A stretch of 64,000 bases of DNA from Kiritimatiellia bacterium (GCA_040767085.1 JAXGPF010000003.1:256001-320000), one strand, 5' to 3'. Counted from the first letter of the stretch, positions 49,567-61,700 are shown. The notes: generated from the sequence alone by a model not told the origin. Program-made: numbers and translations.

Positions 49567-51407
49567 CCTGATCCAAGCGAAGAATTTATGGAAATGAGAG
49601 GATAAGATGCTTGAAATGCCCGCCAGTATTGGTTAAAGTGAAGTTGATATAAAACACTAAGACCAACGAAAGGGGGCATTTCAAGTGAGCAAAGGTTACC
49701 GGGAAATCATACGGAATTGCAAGAACAAAATTGAGCGCAAACTGGCAAATTATCGCGGCGGGCATGTTGACAACACGGTGCCGGTCTTGTCGGCGAGCAA
49801 CATCCATTACGAGATGGCGGACAAGGCGCAGGGGATGAATTGCGGGGGGATTGGGGCGATCCACCAGATGGTTAAGCGCCTTGGCTTGACCGACGAGATT
49901 GACCGGCGAATGGGATTGCTGAAGCTGCATATGCCGTATCATGAATCCGATCATGTATTAAATATTGGCTACAACGTTTTACTTGGCGGCGTACGGTTGG
50001 AAGATATTGAATTAAGACGCCAGGATGAGGTGTTTCTGAAGGCGTTGCAAACCGAGAGCATGCCTGATCCGACGACGGCGGGCGATTTTACCCGGCGTTT
50101 TACGCCGATGGACATAGAGCGGTTGATGGAGTGCTTCAATGCCGGGCGGCGGCGGGTATGGAAGAGGCGCGGGCGCAAGTTATTGAGGGACGCGTTGATT
50201 GATGTTGACGGCACGATTGCCGGGACGCTTGGGGAATGCAAGGGCGGGATGGAAATATCCTACAAGGGGGTGTGGGGGTATCACCCGCTGGTGGTGAGTT
50301 TGGCGAACACCAAAGAGGTGCTGTTTATCGAGAATCGTCCGGGGAATGTCGCCAGTCACGCAGGATGCGTTAAATGGATTGACAAGGCGATCGATCTGGT
50401 ATGGCCGCATGCCCGGACGATCACCTTGCGGGGCGACACGGATTTTTCGCTCACGGCACAATTCGATGGTTGGGCGAAGCGGGTGGATTTTGTGTTTGGG
50501 ATGGACGCGCATCCCGCGTTGGTCAAAAGAGCCGAGGCGTTGTCAGAGGCTGATTACCGGCCGCTAAAGCGGAAGGCCAGGTATGAGGTTGCCACGACTG
50601 CGCGGCGGCGTCCGGAAAAAGTCAAAGAGCAGATTGTGGTGCGGCGCGAGTTCGAGAATCTGCGTTTGGACGGGGAGCAGGTGGCGGAGTTCCGGTATCG
50701 TCCTGGGAAATGCGGGCGGGATTATCGCGTGATAGCGCTGCGTAAAAACATCAGCCACATTAAAGGCGAGGCGATGCTTTTTGACGAGATTCGATATTTC
50801 TTTTACGTCACCACCCGTGAAGATCTGACGCTGGCGCAGGTGGTGGAGTTGGCCAACGGCCGTTGCGACCAGGAAAACGTGATCGAGCAACTGAAAAACG
50901 GCGTGAATGCGATGCGTATGCCGGTGGATGACCTGGTCAGCAATTGGGCGTACATGGTAATGGCGGCGCTGGCATGGAATTTAAAGGCGTGGTTTGCGAT
51001 GATGGTTCGGCGTCAAGATCGCCGGACGGAATTGCTGCGCATGGAGTTTCGCCGGTTTTTACACGCCATAATATTATTGCCAACACAAATTATCGTGCAG
51101 GGGCGCCGGATTACATATCGGCTTTTGGCGTACAATTCCTGGCTGACGGATTTTTTTGCGGCATGGGAATATATCCGGCGAACGAAATTCGCCTGACAAC
51201 ATATTTTCCCGGGCAGAAGGCTGGAGCGAGACGCAAGTTACAGTCGAGGTGTATTTAAAACCGGCTGTATTTTGAGGAAAGCAAGGTGTGTGCTGATGGA
51301 ACCGGGCAAAACGGACGCAAATCATCAAATTAATTGCACCGGGAAATCAATTTGGGTGCATAAATCGCGAAAAATCAGAGCGCTCGAACAACCTCGCTTA
51401 TTTTAGG
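49567..51407 (+). mobile_element. IS1380-family insertion sequence (1841 bp) with 6-bp target duplication ATTAGT
   Basis: ATTAGT at 49561-49566 and 51408-51413. Ends CCTGATCCAAGCGA / CCTAAAATAAGCGA (10/14). Confidence 0.88.
49685..51196 (+). CDS. IS1380-family transposase
   Basis: [40 protein letters not shown]. Confidence 0.92.
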   Translation: MSKGYREIIRNCKNKIERKLANYRGGHVDNTVPVLSASNIHYEMADKAQGMNCGGIGAIHQMVKRLGLTDEIDRRMGLLKLHMPYHESDHVLNIGYNVLLGGVRLEDIELRRQDEVFLKALQTESMPDPTTAGDFTRRFTPMDIERLMECFNAGRRRVWKRRGRKLLRDALIDVDGTIAGTLGECKGGMEISYKGVWGYHPLVVSLANTKEVLFIENRPGNVASHAGCVKWIDKAIDLVWPHARTITLRGDTDFSLTAQFDGWAKRVDFVFGMDAHPALVKRAEALSEADYRPLKRKARYEVATTARRRPEKVKEQIVVRREFENLRLDGEQVAEFRYRPGKCGRDYRVIALRKNISHIKGEAMLFDEIRYFFYVTTREDLTLAQVVELANGRCDQENVIEQLKNGVNAMRMPVDDLVSNWAYMVMAALAWNLKAWFAMMVRRQDRRTELLRMEFRRFLHAIILLPTQIIVQGRRITYRLLAYNSWLTDFFAAWEYIRRTKFA

Positions 51408-52817
51408 ATTAGTAAAGCTGTCATCGCCGTCAATATCCAGGTAAACGCCGCCACCCACGCGGGCGTAATTATCCACGATAGTGCAGGCGGAAACATGATT
51501 GGTGGAATCGGCGCCAATGTAAATTCCGCCGCCGCGGGTGATATTATTTGCATCATCGCCCAGATTGCCGGCGACCAGGCAATTGCGGATGACGCCGTTG
51601 CCGCCGGCGCGGCAAAATATTCCCGCGCCAAATTTATAAGCCGTAGTCAGGTTGGTGATTATGTTGTCCCGGATGACGCAGTTTTCCAGCACGCTGTTCG
51701 AGCAAAGCGCCACCCCAGCGCCGCAGCCATTGCTCAAGATATTTCCGACAATCCGGCAGTCAACCGCCGTCAGTCCGAGGTGGGCATACTGCGAAGCCTC
51801 GATGCCGCCGCCGTATGAACGCGCGTAGTTATTGCTGATCACGCAATTGGACAGCACTAACCCACCCCCGCCCAGCATGACCCCGCCGCCATAATTGTTC
51901 GGCGCCTGGTTTCCGCTGATCTCAGTGTTGAAAATCATCTGCGTGCCGGGCGAGTAACAACACACTCCGCCCCCCTGCTGCGCCGTGTAATTGTCGCGGA
52001 TAAATGAATTGTAAATCACCGCATCGTTTTGACAAAATATCCCCCCGCCCCTGTTGGATATCGGAATGGAATTGTTCACAACCGTACAATTGGAAACAAC
52101 GCCGCCATCGGTAAATATTCCGCCGCCGTAATAATACGACTCGTTATTGCTTACCACGCTGTTGGCCAGCAACGCGCCGGCATACATCGCCACCCCGCCG
52201 GCCCGGGTGGCGGCATTGTCGTGAATGAAACAATCCCACACCTGCCCGTACGCAGTCACACCGCCGCCGCCGGACGAAGAAAAATTTATGTTGGTATTGA
52301 AGCTGATCACGCAATTGCTGATCAGGCCGGCGGTCTGGTAAACCCCGCCGCCGCGGTCTGCGCCGACGTTGTTGCTGACAATGCAGGCCTGCAACGTTCC
52401 GTCAACCAAGTACACTCCACCTCCCGCGCCGCTGCCGGCGGGAGTATTCTGGGTCATGCCGAATCCCGTGACAGTGAACTCCTCCACCGTCGCGCCGGCG
52501 TGGTTAAGGTAGATTCCGCGGTTGGTGATGGCGGGAAACTGGCCCTGAAGGATCGTATTGGTCCGGCTGGCGCCGCACAGGGTGATGGCGTTGGTGACAA
52601 GGATATTGGTCGTCAGAGTGTAAGTGCCGGCAGCCACATGCACCACCTCGCCGGCAACGGCATTAAACACGCCGTTGCTGATGGTCTTATAGGGATCTCC
52701 CGCCGTGCCGGCGCCGGCGTCATCGCCGGTAGCGTCGTTGACATATTTGTCCGCCTGTGATAACGGAACTATCGCCAGCAGCGCCAACCAGAATACAACA
52801 TACGATTTTTTCATCAT
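51408..52817 (-). pseudogene. 5' part of a secreted beta-helix protein gene interrupted by IS1380
   Basis: Signal peptide MMKKSYVVFWLALLAIVPLSQA and GGG/SNN repeats. Cut at DDSFTN by the IS. Confidence 0.88.
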
Positions 52818-52929
52818 CCCTTCTCCTTTATTGCTAGTTACAGGCGAATGCATGTCATCCCGTGTATTCGATTATTTAACATGCCGCTTGACTCCCTCGT
52901 TCCTCACGGCCGGAACTGTTTTCAACGCC

Positions 52930-55900
52930 TTATTGAGACTGCACCGAATCATCATGGAACGCCGTCGCCGTCTCGCCCTCTTCCAATTGCAGACCATTGA
53001 CCCAGACGATGGAGTTTGGTCCCGGGGCAAATTTGAATTGCCGCATCGGCCCATAGGCGGCGGTGTATTCACGCAACGCCGGCGCATCACCCGCAACCTG
53101 GTAGCGTTTCCATTCCGTCGTCAAGGCGAATCGGTTCCCGGAACGGCTCCCGCCCTTAATCAGGTAATCATAAGATACAATCACGCTGTCGCCGGCTTTC
53201 GCGCCTTTGGCGTAGAAGGAAAACACCCTCTTGCACGGTTCGGACGTCACGTCCGGCGGCCAGCATAGGCCGGACATGCTGTCGAACCCCCACGACGTGG
53301 TGTATTCCATGCGCAGGGATGGCATTCCATTCCAGGGATTGGCTTCATCCAGATACCAGAATGATCCCGGCTTGCCGCCGTCTGGATTAAATGGCGCGTA
53401 AAACGACTGCAGCCAATAGGCGCAATTGGGCATATAGAAATCCGGAACGCCTTTGTTGACCTGCAGTTTGAAAGCTGGATTGAGCACGTGGTTCTTGCCG
53501 TGCAACACCTGTTGTCTGATTTTCGGAATATCCACACTGGGCGCCTTTTCAGCATTCAATGCGGTCATATCCACCGCCACTTTTACCGGTGCGGCAATCC
53601 GGACTTCAGCCGCTTCCGCTGGTCGCGGATTCAGTTGCAACCGATACGCGCGCGTGCCGTAGCCCTCGATTTTGTCAGTGAACGCCTCCTCATCCAACCC
53701 CAATATCCTTTGTGCCTCTGCCCATTTGTCCCTCTGCCCCTCTGTGCCTTTGCCCCTCTGCCCCTCTGCCGCAAACATCCGCGCCACTCTTTGCAATCCG
53801 CCGATCGTGAATTTCGTATCCACCGCATACGGCATGATGTTCACCGCCAAAAGCAGGTAATCACCGTCCGGGTATTGGAACACCGCGGCATTGACCATCG
53901 GGAAGATTCGCTCTCTTGGCCGGAAATCGTCCGGAGTGTAGCGAATATTCCGGGCAATATCACCGTTGACCAAAGCAGGCGTCATTTCCCTGAATTGCGC
54001 GCAAACCTCCCGCAACCCATCCCAAGCATCCTCGTTTTTGACACATTGCAGGGAGAAATACAACAAGCCCCGGGCGCCGTAAATCACCGCCGTATATGCC
54101 TGACAGAGAATGTGAGCCTTGCTCATGCCGACCGGCGTCCGGCGAAGATCCAGCATATTCGCCAAAGGCACGAAAAACATTACCTTGTTGTCAAGGCGGC
54201 AGCGTTCCCGCAGGTTATACGCAAAAGCGGCCGTGTACAATCCGGGGTTGCCTTGAATGCGGGGCATAAACGGGCCGGGATAAATGTCGTAACCCAACAT
54301 CTCCCCCCACCGTGTCCAATTATCGCCATGGGGAATCATCTGAGAATACAGCAGAAACCGCGGACGGTAGGGGTCAATCGCATTCACGGTATTCCAATAC
54401 CATTCGGCGAGTGCAATCTTCACGTCCTGATCGCCCAAATTCGGCTCATCCACATTGTAATAGGCCAGCATGTTCCGGTGTTCCCTCAGAATTTTTGAAT
54501 TGTCAATCAAGACCGGTCCCATTTTTTCGTACCACTCCTTGAAAATTGCCAGCCGCTCATTCAACGGCAGTGTCTTGTCTCGTGTTCTCGGGTGCGGCGA
54601 AACCCATTCAACCACGTTCATGCCGTATTTGTCCGCCAGTCTCGCGAATATATCGGTATTGGTGGTCGCAGATCGGCAATGCGTATTGGTATTCATTGGA
54701 TGCGCGTTTACCAGCGTATTAAACCCAACGTCTTTCAAATACCTGAATAAATCCTCTTCACAGCCGCCCGCCGCGGATTCCGGATTGCTCCACGTATGAT
54801 CGCTCCACAGTGGGACATATATCCCGACGGGAAAAATCGGCCGGTCGTCCTTCAGGAGAATGCCCTTAATGAAATCGGTTTTCACCTCAAACCCGGGGCG
54901 GGGTTCCAAACGCTGAACAGAAAGAGTTCTGCGCGCCAGTTCTTTTCCCGCTGAAATCAGACGAACGATCAGGGGGTTATGGCCGATGCTGAACGCGTCC
55001 ACGGGGATTTCCGGCGTCATCACGGTGCTGACGCCCCGGGTCTCCGAAATTATGGCACCGTTGACTTCAAGGATCAACGTGATCTCCCGCGCCATTGTTT
55101 CCGGGATGCCGAATTCCAACCGGATCTTCGCGGTCGGCTCGGTCGTGTAATAACTGCGTCCGACAAACGCCTTTTTGAACAGGTTCAGGGCGGATGTGTC
55201 TTCAATCGCCGTGCTCGCCAGCACACTTCCGCCCAGCGGGTCCACAACCGCCACTCTGATCTTATACTCGTACTCGCGCACGTCCCCGGCCGGCACATTC
55301 AAAACAAGATCACGCCTGGAAACGTTGAGATCAACAAGTTCGGATGCCTTCTCGACGTCTTTGTCATCCATAGTCTCAACAACTTGGACCAAAGCTTTGC
55401 CGGCAACCGGCGTGAACCTCATAAGCGTCACCTTTACATCGTAGAAGTATTGGCCGTCTTGCTCTCGCAAGCCGGTCACGCTCGCGGACTGAAGCCGCGG
55501 GGCGAAAGGAACCTCCGCTTTGAATCCGCCCAAACCGGCGACCGCGACAAAATTCCCGGGTTTGTGGAAGCTGGGCCTATTGCCCGGGTTAAGCCCGTAA
55601 AAAAGAGTTTCTTCGCTTTGCCTTGCCCCCATATAGTCGAGGGTGATGGCAACATAATCGCGGATGACATTGATTTTCGCCCCGCTTAGATCATCACATT
55701 CCAAGGCATACAAAGGAATGGCAACCTCGGCGGTCCAGCCGTCCGGCAAGCGTTTGGTCACGCTCCGCCAGGGCGCATTCCATCCTATGTTTGCCCCGGA
55801 CTCGCCGGTAACGCGCTGTTCACACCTCACGTTGGCGAAACTGAGCAGAAACCAATACCAACGGTCTTGCGTCTCACCCGGTTGAATGCACACTTCCACC

Positions 55901-56229
55901 GTGTCGTTTCTGCTGATGGTAAGATAGTCATCGTGTTTGAACGCGGTTTGGATGACGTGGATCATATTGGAATTGACGCATTTGAAACCCACGTACAGCC
56001 ATTTATCGTCCCGGACAAGGTAAACCGTCGTGTTCTTGACGGGGATATTGACGTTTTCCCCGTATAATGTCTCGATTTTGGCGGCATTTTTCCAGGCGGG
56101 ATCATCCAGCGAGCCGTCCAATGTCGGCGGCGTTATTGTCTCCGAAATCATAATTGGTGCCGGTTCAGTGGCGAAGGCGCCAATCGTCAAACCGCAACAA
56201 ATTCCAGCTAGAAGTCTCCAGATGTTCAT
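52930..56229 (-). CDS. secreted CBM9-like + TIM-barrel GH-like + C-terminal CBM protein (paralogue 3)
   Basis: Signal peptide from ATG 56229. PTLDGSLDDPAW, GWTAEVAIP, YYNVDEP, GYDIYP, GARGLLYF, NHVLNPAF, GLQLEEG. Confidence 0.8.
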   Translation of the reverse strand: MNIWRLLAGICCGLTIGAFATEPAPIMISETITPPTLDGSLDDPAWKNAAKIETLYGENVNIPVKNTTVYLVRDDKWLYVGFKCVNSNMIHVIQTAFKHDDYLTISRNDTVEVCIQPGETQDRWYWFLLSFANVRCEQRVTGESGANIGWNAPWRSVTKRLPDGWTAEVAIPLYALECDDLSGAKINVIRDYVAITLDYMGARQSEETLFYGLNPGNRPSFHKPGNFVAVAGLGGFKAEVPFAPRLQSASVTGLREQDGQYFYDVKVTLMRFTPVAGKALVQVVETMDDKDVEKASELVDLNVSRRDLVLNVPAGDVREYEYKIRVAVVDPLGGSVLASTAIEDTSALNLFKKAFVGRSYYTTEPTAKIRLEFGIPETMAREITLILEVNGAIISETRGVSTVMTPEIPVDAFSIGHNPLIVRLISAGKELARRTLSVQRLEPRPGFEVKTDFIKGILLKDDRPIFPVGIYVPLWSDHTWSNPESAAGGCEEDLFRYLKDVGFNTLVNAHPMNTNTHCRSATTNTDIFARLADKYGMNVVEWVSPHPRTRDKTLPLNERLAIFKEWYEKMGPVLIDNSKILREHRNMLAYYNVDEPNLGDQDVKIALAEWYWNTVNAIDPYRPRFLLYSQMIPHGDNWTRWGEMLGYDIYPGPFMPRIQGNPGLYTAAFAYNLRERCRLDNKVMFFVPLANMLDLRRTPVGMSKAHILCQAYTAVIYGARGLLYFSLQCVKNEDAWDGLREVCAQFREMTPALVNGDIARNIRYTPDDFRPRERIFPMVNAAVFQYPDGDYLLLAVNIMPYAVDTKFTIGGLQRVARMFAAEGQRGKGTEGQRDKWAEAQRILGLDEEAFTDKIEGYGTRAYRLQLNPRPAEAAEVRIAAPVKVAVDMTALNAEKAPSVDIPKIRQQVLHGKNHVLNPAFKLQVNKGVPDFYMPNCAYWLQSFYAPFNPDGGKPGSFWYLDEANPWNGMPSLRMEYTTSWGFDSMSGLCWPPDVTSEPCKRVFSFYAKGAKAGDSVIVSYDYLIKGGSRSGNRFALTTEWKRYQVAGDAPALREYTAAYGPMRQFKFAPGPNSIVWVNGLQLEEGETATAFHDDSVQSQ
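53707..53770. repeat. intragenic tandem octamer array, 8 x CCTYTGYS
   Basis: CCTTTGTG CCTCTGCC CATTTGTC CCTCTGCC CCTCTGTG CCTTTGCC CCTCTGCC CCTCTGCC. Confidence 0.85.
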
Positions 56230-56544
56230 GAATGTACCTATGGTTTTGTTTATCTGTCCATGTTTGAAACATGGGAACATTCCACCGGCTTGTCCGGCAT
56301 GGCTTCTTGTGCTGAGATTCCGGTCCATGCTGATCTCCTGACTGCGCGACAGGTTTTCCCGTCAGGTTATTTTTCCCTGTCATAATCCACAATATTACCG
56401 CCCCGATTGTTCTTCATTTCGCGCTGTTATCCACAGTGATCATGGCGCAGGCTTTCTTGTTCATCCTTGGTTTCCGACCAAGGCGCACTCAGTTTGCAGA
56501 TTTTCTTGTTTGCCGACGAGCGGATATCCATAAACACATATGGA

Positions 56545-58134
56545 CTATGCCCGGCCATGGTACCATCCTTTCAATTGCGCCCATTCCTGTCGGCAAAAAG
56601 CATCCAGTTCCATCATGCCCAGGGCGGTGAAAGCCAGACAATTCAGCCAGAGCGTTCGCTGACCAATATTCTTGTCACCAACCATATCCCCCAACAGCGT
56701 GGGCAGGCACCCTGTTTCGGAGTCCTGGGCGGCGGTCACGGCCGATCCCAGCGCCAGCGCCTTGGCCAGAAAAATGTCCTGCCGGGTCTTTTCGTATGCC
56801 TTCATATACAGTCGAATCATGTTCACGGCGGACGAATCTATCGGATAATCCCACTCGTACTGTTCCAGGACGCAGGGTATCGGCCAGGAAGCGGTGGAAG
56901 CGGCAAGCGCATGCCTGCCTGGACGGGGCATGGGCTTGTCCCAGACCACAAACTGGTCTTCGGCATAACGGATGATCTCCATCGCAATATCCCCGCAGCC
57001 GGGATGGTCGTCGCCGTGGTCCAACAGGTATAGCGCAACCTGCGCCGCGTAAAACCCCGTCATGCTTTTGTATTTTTCGGAGCCCGGCATGATATCCTCA
57101 AACTGGCTTTCCCAGTGAAAATCCCTGACCGGATGCTCAATTATCCAGGCAACCGCCCTATCCCGGGCGCGGCGATATGGTTCACGGTCGTCTTCGTTCA
57201 GCAAGACATCGAACATGTTGATCATCCTGATCGGCAGACAGGTATTATCCATGACAGGACTACCGGTGTCGCTGTCGACCATCAACGGCCAGGAACCGTT
57301 CGGAAGTTGCAACCGGACATAAGTATCGGCAATGCGTTGCGCGGCTTCCCGATATTTCCCCAGCCCCGTGGCCCTGGCCAGACTGATATAGGAACTGATC
57401 GGTAGCAGCGCTTCCGTCAACATCAACTTGCCGAAAAACTTGTTTTCTGCTCCCAGTCTCTTGAAATCATAAACCGGCGGCAGATATTGCAGCGGATGCC
57501 CGGCCGGATTGCCGGCGGCAATCAAATAATCGGCCGCATTGATTGCCAGCATCAGGGCCCGATCCTTCTTATCCGGTTTCAACGAGGCATAGGCAACCAT
57601 CGCGCCAATCACGGCGCCGATGATCTTGGCCGGAAAACGATAAACACTGTAGCCGGGGTCCGGAGCTTTGTTTTCCCAATACTGAACCTGTGGAAGCTGA
57701 TAAAAATAGTCAAGCGCCATGCCAGCGCATTCCCGGAAATCCCTGGCCGGCGGCGGCGGCGGTCCCGAGAATGGCACAGACTTGTAAAATTCACGCAACC
57801 CGCTGATCCCCACGATGTTGCCGTCCTTGTCAAGCGCCGTTACTTTCAGCGCGGCAAACCCCGCCGGAATCTGCGACCAAACCGGGCCCAGGTCGGCCCA
57901 GGGCTCCGCGGCTGTGAAATCGCAGGCCGTCCCCTCCCGCCAGTTCATCTTGTCCCAGCAGTTGATTTCAAAATGATAACTTGCCGCCTCGTCAAATTTT
58001 TTAAATTCAAATGCCGGCGCATGGATGAATTGTTTCGCATAGCCGTTCCAGAACGGCGTTTCGCCCGGGATGCCGGGCCGAATCGGCCGGAGCGATTCCG
58101 CCACGGCCTGCGCATTAATGTGTTTCCAGTTCAT
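56545..58134 (-). CDS. conserved hypothetical protein, probably an (alpha/alpha) toroid
   Basis: PIRPG....PFWN..A..FIHAPAFEF, QLPNGSW, WESQFED, RYAEDQFVVW. AGGAG RBS. Confidence 0.7.
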   Translation of the reverse strand: MNWKHINAQAVAESLRPIRPGIPGETPFWNGYAKQFIHAPAFEFKKFDEAASYHFEINCWDKMNWREGTACDFTAAEPWADLGPVWSQIPAGFAALKVTALDKDGNIVGISGLREFYKSVPFSGPPPPPARDFRECAGMALDYFYQLPQVQYWENKAPDPGYSVYRFPAKIIGAVIGAMVAYASLKPDKKDRALMLAINAADYLIAAGNPAGHPLQYLPPVYDFKRLGAENKFFGKLMLTEALLPISSYISLARATGLGKYREAAQRIADTYVRLQLPNGSWPLMVDSDTGSPVMDNTCLPIRMINMFDVLLNEDDREPYRRARDRAVAWIIEHPVRDFHWESQFEDIMPGSEKYKSMTGFYAAQVALYLLDHGDDHPGCGDIAMEIIRYAEDQFVVWDKPMPRPGRHALAASTASWPIPCVLEQYEWDYPIDSSAVNMIRLYMKAYEKTRQDIFLAKALALGSAVTAAQDSETGCLPTLLGDMVGDKNIGQRTLWLNCLAFTALGMMELDAFCRQEWAQLKGWYHGRA

Positions 58135-58163
58135 GCCGATCTCCTGAAGCTCCTTCTTTACCA

Positions 58164-58207
58164 ATACCTGATTCCGTGACGGCTTTGGCCGTCACGGAAT
58201 CAGGTAT
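58164..58207. repeat. perfect 20-bp-arm palindrome
   Basis: ATACCTGATTCCGTGACGGC-TTTG-GCCGTCACGGAATCAGGTAT. Confidence 0.9.
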
Positions 58208-58224
58208 GAATAATCAATATTAGA

Positions 58225-58753
58225 GTTAAAGCTGATCACGCAATTGCTGATCAGGCCGGCGGTCTGGTAAACCCCGCCGCCGCGGTCCGCGCCGACGTTG
58301 TGCTGACAATGCAGGCCTGCAACGTTCCGTCAACCAAGTACACTCCACCTCCCGCTCCGCTGCCGGCGGGAGTATTCTGGGTCATGCCGAATCCCGTGAC
58401 AGTGAATTCTTCCACCGTCGCGCCGGCGTGGTTAAGGTAGATTACGCGGTTGGTAATGGCGGGAAACTGGCCCTGGATGATCGTATTGGTCCGGCTGGCT
58501 CCGCGCAGGGTGATGGCGTTGGTGACAAGAATATTGGTCGTCAGCGTGTAAGTGCCGGCGGCCACATGCACCACCTCGCCGGCAACGGCATTAAACACGC
58601 CGTTGCTGACGGTCAGCCAGGGATTCCCGAACGAACCGTCGCCGTTAAGATCGTCGCCGGTCGTGGCAACATAATAAGTGCCGATGCCAAAGCCGGTTGA
58701 TATGATGGCGGCCCAAATCAGCATTACAGATACGATTCTCGTTTTGCCCTCAT
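58225..58753 (-). pseudogene. truncated, frameshifted paralogue of the 52817 beta-helix gene
   Basis: About 58230-58610 is nearly identical to about 52300-52680. It has a 1-nt deletion near 58300 (GTTGTGCTG versus GTTGTTGCTG), and ATG 58753 is out of frame with the main ORF. Confidence 0.8.
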
Positions 58754-58790
58754 GTTTGCACTTGATTTATAAACATAACGGACTGGCAAC

Positions 58791-61700
58791 CTACCATGTG
58801 GTATAAATAACGTTTGTAGACGTTTCTACTTCCAGGATGCGATTGGTTGTAAAGATATTGATATAAACATCCATATTGCCCCATGTGCCTCCGTCAGGAT
58901 AATCTTCCTGACGGATGGTATGCGCAGCCGAAGAATAATACAACCAATTATTACAGATCCAAGCGCCCGTATAGGGGATGCCCCGCAAATTAACCGCCCA
59001 GGGGGTTTTAAACGTGTTATGATGAATGTAGGTCGTGCCGCCGGCATAGTCGGTTCCGGTCCAACGATGCACGTCGAAACTGTGCGAGGACGAGCCACAG
59101 TATACGTTACAATGCTCCAACACCAAATTGAAACAGGCCTCATAATTGGAATTCGTGCCCCCCGAAGATGCGATGCTGTGCCGGTTGTAATCGAATATAT
59201 TGGCTTCAATGACGCTTTCCGAAACCGCGCCGCCAAGCATCACGCCGTAACCATACCCCGTTTGCAGGCAATGATGAATATAATTGTGGTGGATGTAAGC
59301 ATTCGTGCCATACACCGCAATCCCCGTGTAAGGCCATGCCGATATCTCGCAATTATCCACTTCCAGCTCCGAAGCGTTACAACGAATACCCATCGAAATA
59401 TCATAGCCATTCGTGGGAATGGCTTCGCCGGAATATGACCCCTGAAGACGAAGTCCGGTTACCCGCACATTGGCGCCCCCCGCCTTGAATAATGGGCAGG
59501 TGCTGGGGACGGTGGTATACAACAAGGCCCCTGAGGATCCGTCTACACCCCGCCCGCTTGCCAGAGTTACGCCGCCGGGAATGACGATCCACTCGTATCC
59601 ACTCAAGTCGAGCGCGGCGGCGTCATTCACGTAGACCACATCCCCTGTCGTTGCCATCGCCAGTCCTTGGATCAGTTCATCGACGGTGTTGTTAACATAA
59701 TACGTATATGTGGTTACAACATCGCTGTATCCCGCTCCGCCGCCGATCGGATTTCCGGTGGGATTCCCCTCGCAGCCGAAACCGTATTCCCCGCCTTCAT
59801 TCTGCCATTGCTGATGGATTTCGTCGGGGCCCAGCGCCCGGTCATATATGCGTACTTCGTCCAACGCTCCTTGGAAAAAGTAATCTTCTGAATATGAGCT
59901 ATAGGCTCCCAGCATTAAATCCGCGGTGTTGGCTCCGATATTCTCCGCCGTGCCAGTGACGGCGCTGTCAAGGACACCGTTGACATACAAACGACCTGTG
60001 CCGTTTGTCATGTTATATGTCCCGGCCAGATAGACCCAGCAATTGCTGTCAAGGACATTGGCGCCCTCGATGCTAACGTTCCAACCGCTGCCATCGGCCC
60101 GTCCAATGGCGAAATACGGCTTTCCCGAATGCGTGGCCAGGAAATACTCGCATTCGCCCTTGGCGGCGATGACATGATACCCCGCACGGGTATCCGGTTT
60201 AACCCAAGCCGACACACACAGCTCGTATATGCCGTTCAGGCTGGCGTCGTTGCCGCAATTTACATGATCGTTTATCCCGTCCAGTGTCAGCGCCGCTCCG
60301 ATTCTGCCCGGCCCCCAACTGTTGGCGGCATCCATGTCCACCAAGACGCCGTCATTCCGCATGCGGCCGGATTTGTCGGCCGCCACGGCCCCCGATCCTT
60401 CGTCAAAGCTCCAATATCCGCAGAGGTTACCGCCGATATAATTCCGGTATAATTCGGCCGGCGTCATCGCGCGATCATACAACCGGACGTTGCCGATGTC
60501 GCCATTGAAATAAGCCCCGCCATAACTCAGCCGGCCGATATTAAGGGATACCGCATTGGAAACCAGCGTCATGCTGTATGATTTCGACAATTTTTCCTGG
60601 CCATTGACATATCCGCGCAGCACATGCCCGTCATACGTGGCGGCAACATGGCGCCACTCGCCCACGACAAAGTTGGTCGCCGGAATATAAATGACGCCCC
60701 AGTTGGTTCCGCCGCCACCGATATACATCCCCATCCGTCCGTCGGCCCAATATTTCCATTGATACGGCGCAGTGGTGTATCCGCCGCTCAGGTATTTTCC
60801 CAGAACCGCCTGATTGTTGTTGGTCAGACTATTGGGACGAATCCAACAGGAAATCGTGAATGCATTTTCACCATTTAAGTTCAATATACTGTCGTTTCCG
60901 CAGTCCAAATAATTACTGGCGCCAGGACCTCCAAAATGCAATGCCGATCGGAAATAGCCATCCGGCGTAAGCCGTCCGTCAATCCACGCCGATGCATCCA
61001 TATTGACCAAGGTTGCGTGATTGGTAAACGCGGAATCGTCCGCCGTGGTTGTGCCGATTCCTTCTTTCATTTGCCAACAACCGACATTACCTTCATAGAG
61101 CGCATAAATATCGCCGGGCCAAAGCGCATAATTACACATAATGACGTTATCTATGTCGCCATTGAAATATGCCCCGCCAAAACTTAGCCGTCCGATGTTA
61201 AGGGATACCGCGTTGGAAACCAGCGTTATGCTGTATGATTTCGACATTTTTTCCTGGCCATTGACATATCCGCGCAGCATATGACCGTCATACGTGGCGA
61301 CTACATGGCGCCACTCGCCCACGACAAAGTTGGTCGCCGGAATGTATATGACGCCCCAGTTGGTTCCGCCACCGCCGATGTACATCCCCATCTGCCCGGC
61401 GGCCCAAAACTTCCATTGATACGGCGCGGTAGTGTATCCGCCACTCAGGTATTTTCCGAGAACCGCCTGGTCATTGGTGAGACTGTTGGGACGAATCCAG
61501 CAGGCAATGGTGAAGGCATTATTGTCCCTTAAATTTAGGATACCGGCATTCCCGCAGTCCACATAATTACTGCTCCCAGGGCCATTAAAACGCAATGCTG
61601 TCTTGCCGATCCCGGGAACCCAGTTGGTTGCGGGAAGCATGTTACAGAGTAGTCCGTTATGCCCGTAGCCTGATTCGTCCGCCGTATTTGTGCCCAGGCC

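Noticed and set aside
56230-56328. Extended N-terminus of the 1132-aa ORF (also the 8262, 42008 and 44170 starts)
   Set aside because: These extensions cross repeats, promoters or neighbouring genes. Downstream ATGs give proper signal peptides or family starts.
52300-58610. Near-identical segments as a diversity-generating retroelement TR/VR pair
   Set aside because: There is no reverse transcriptase, the differences are not adenine-specific, and the repeat is N-terminal.
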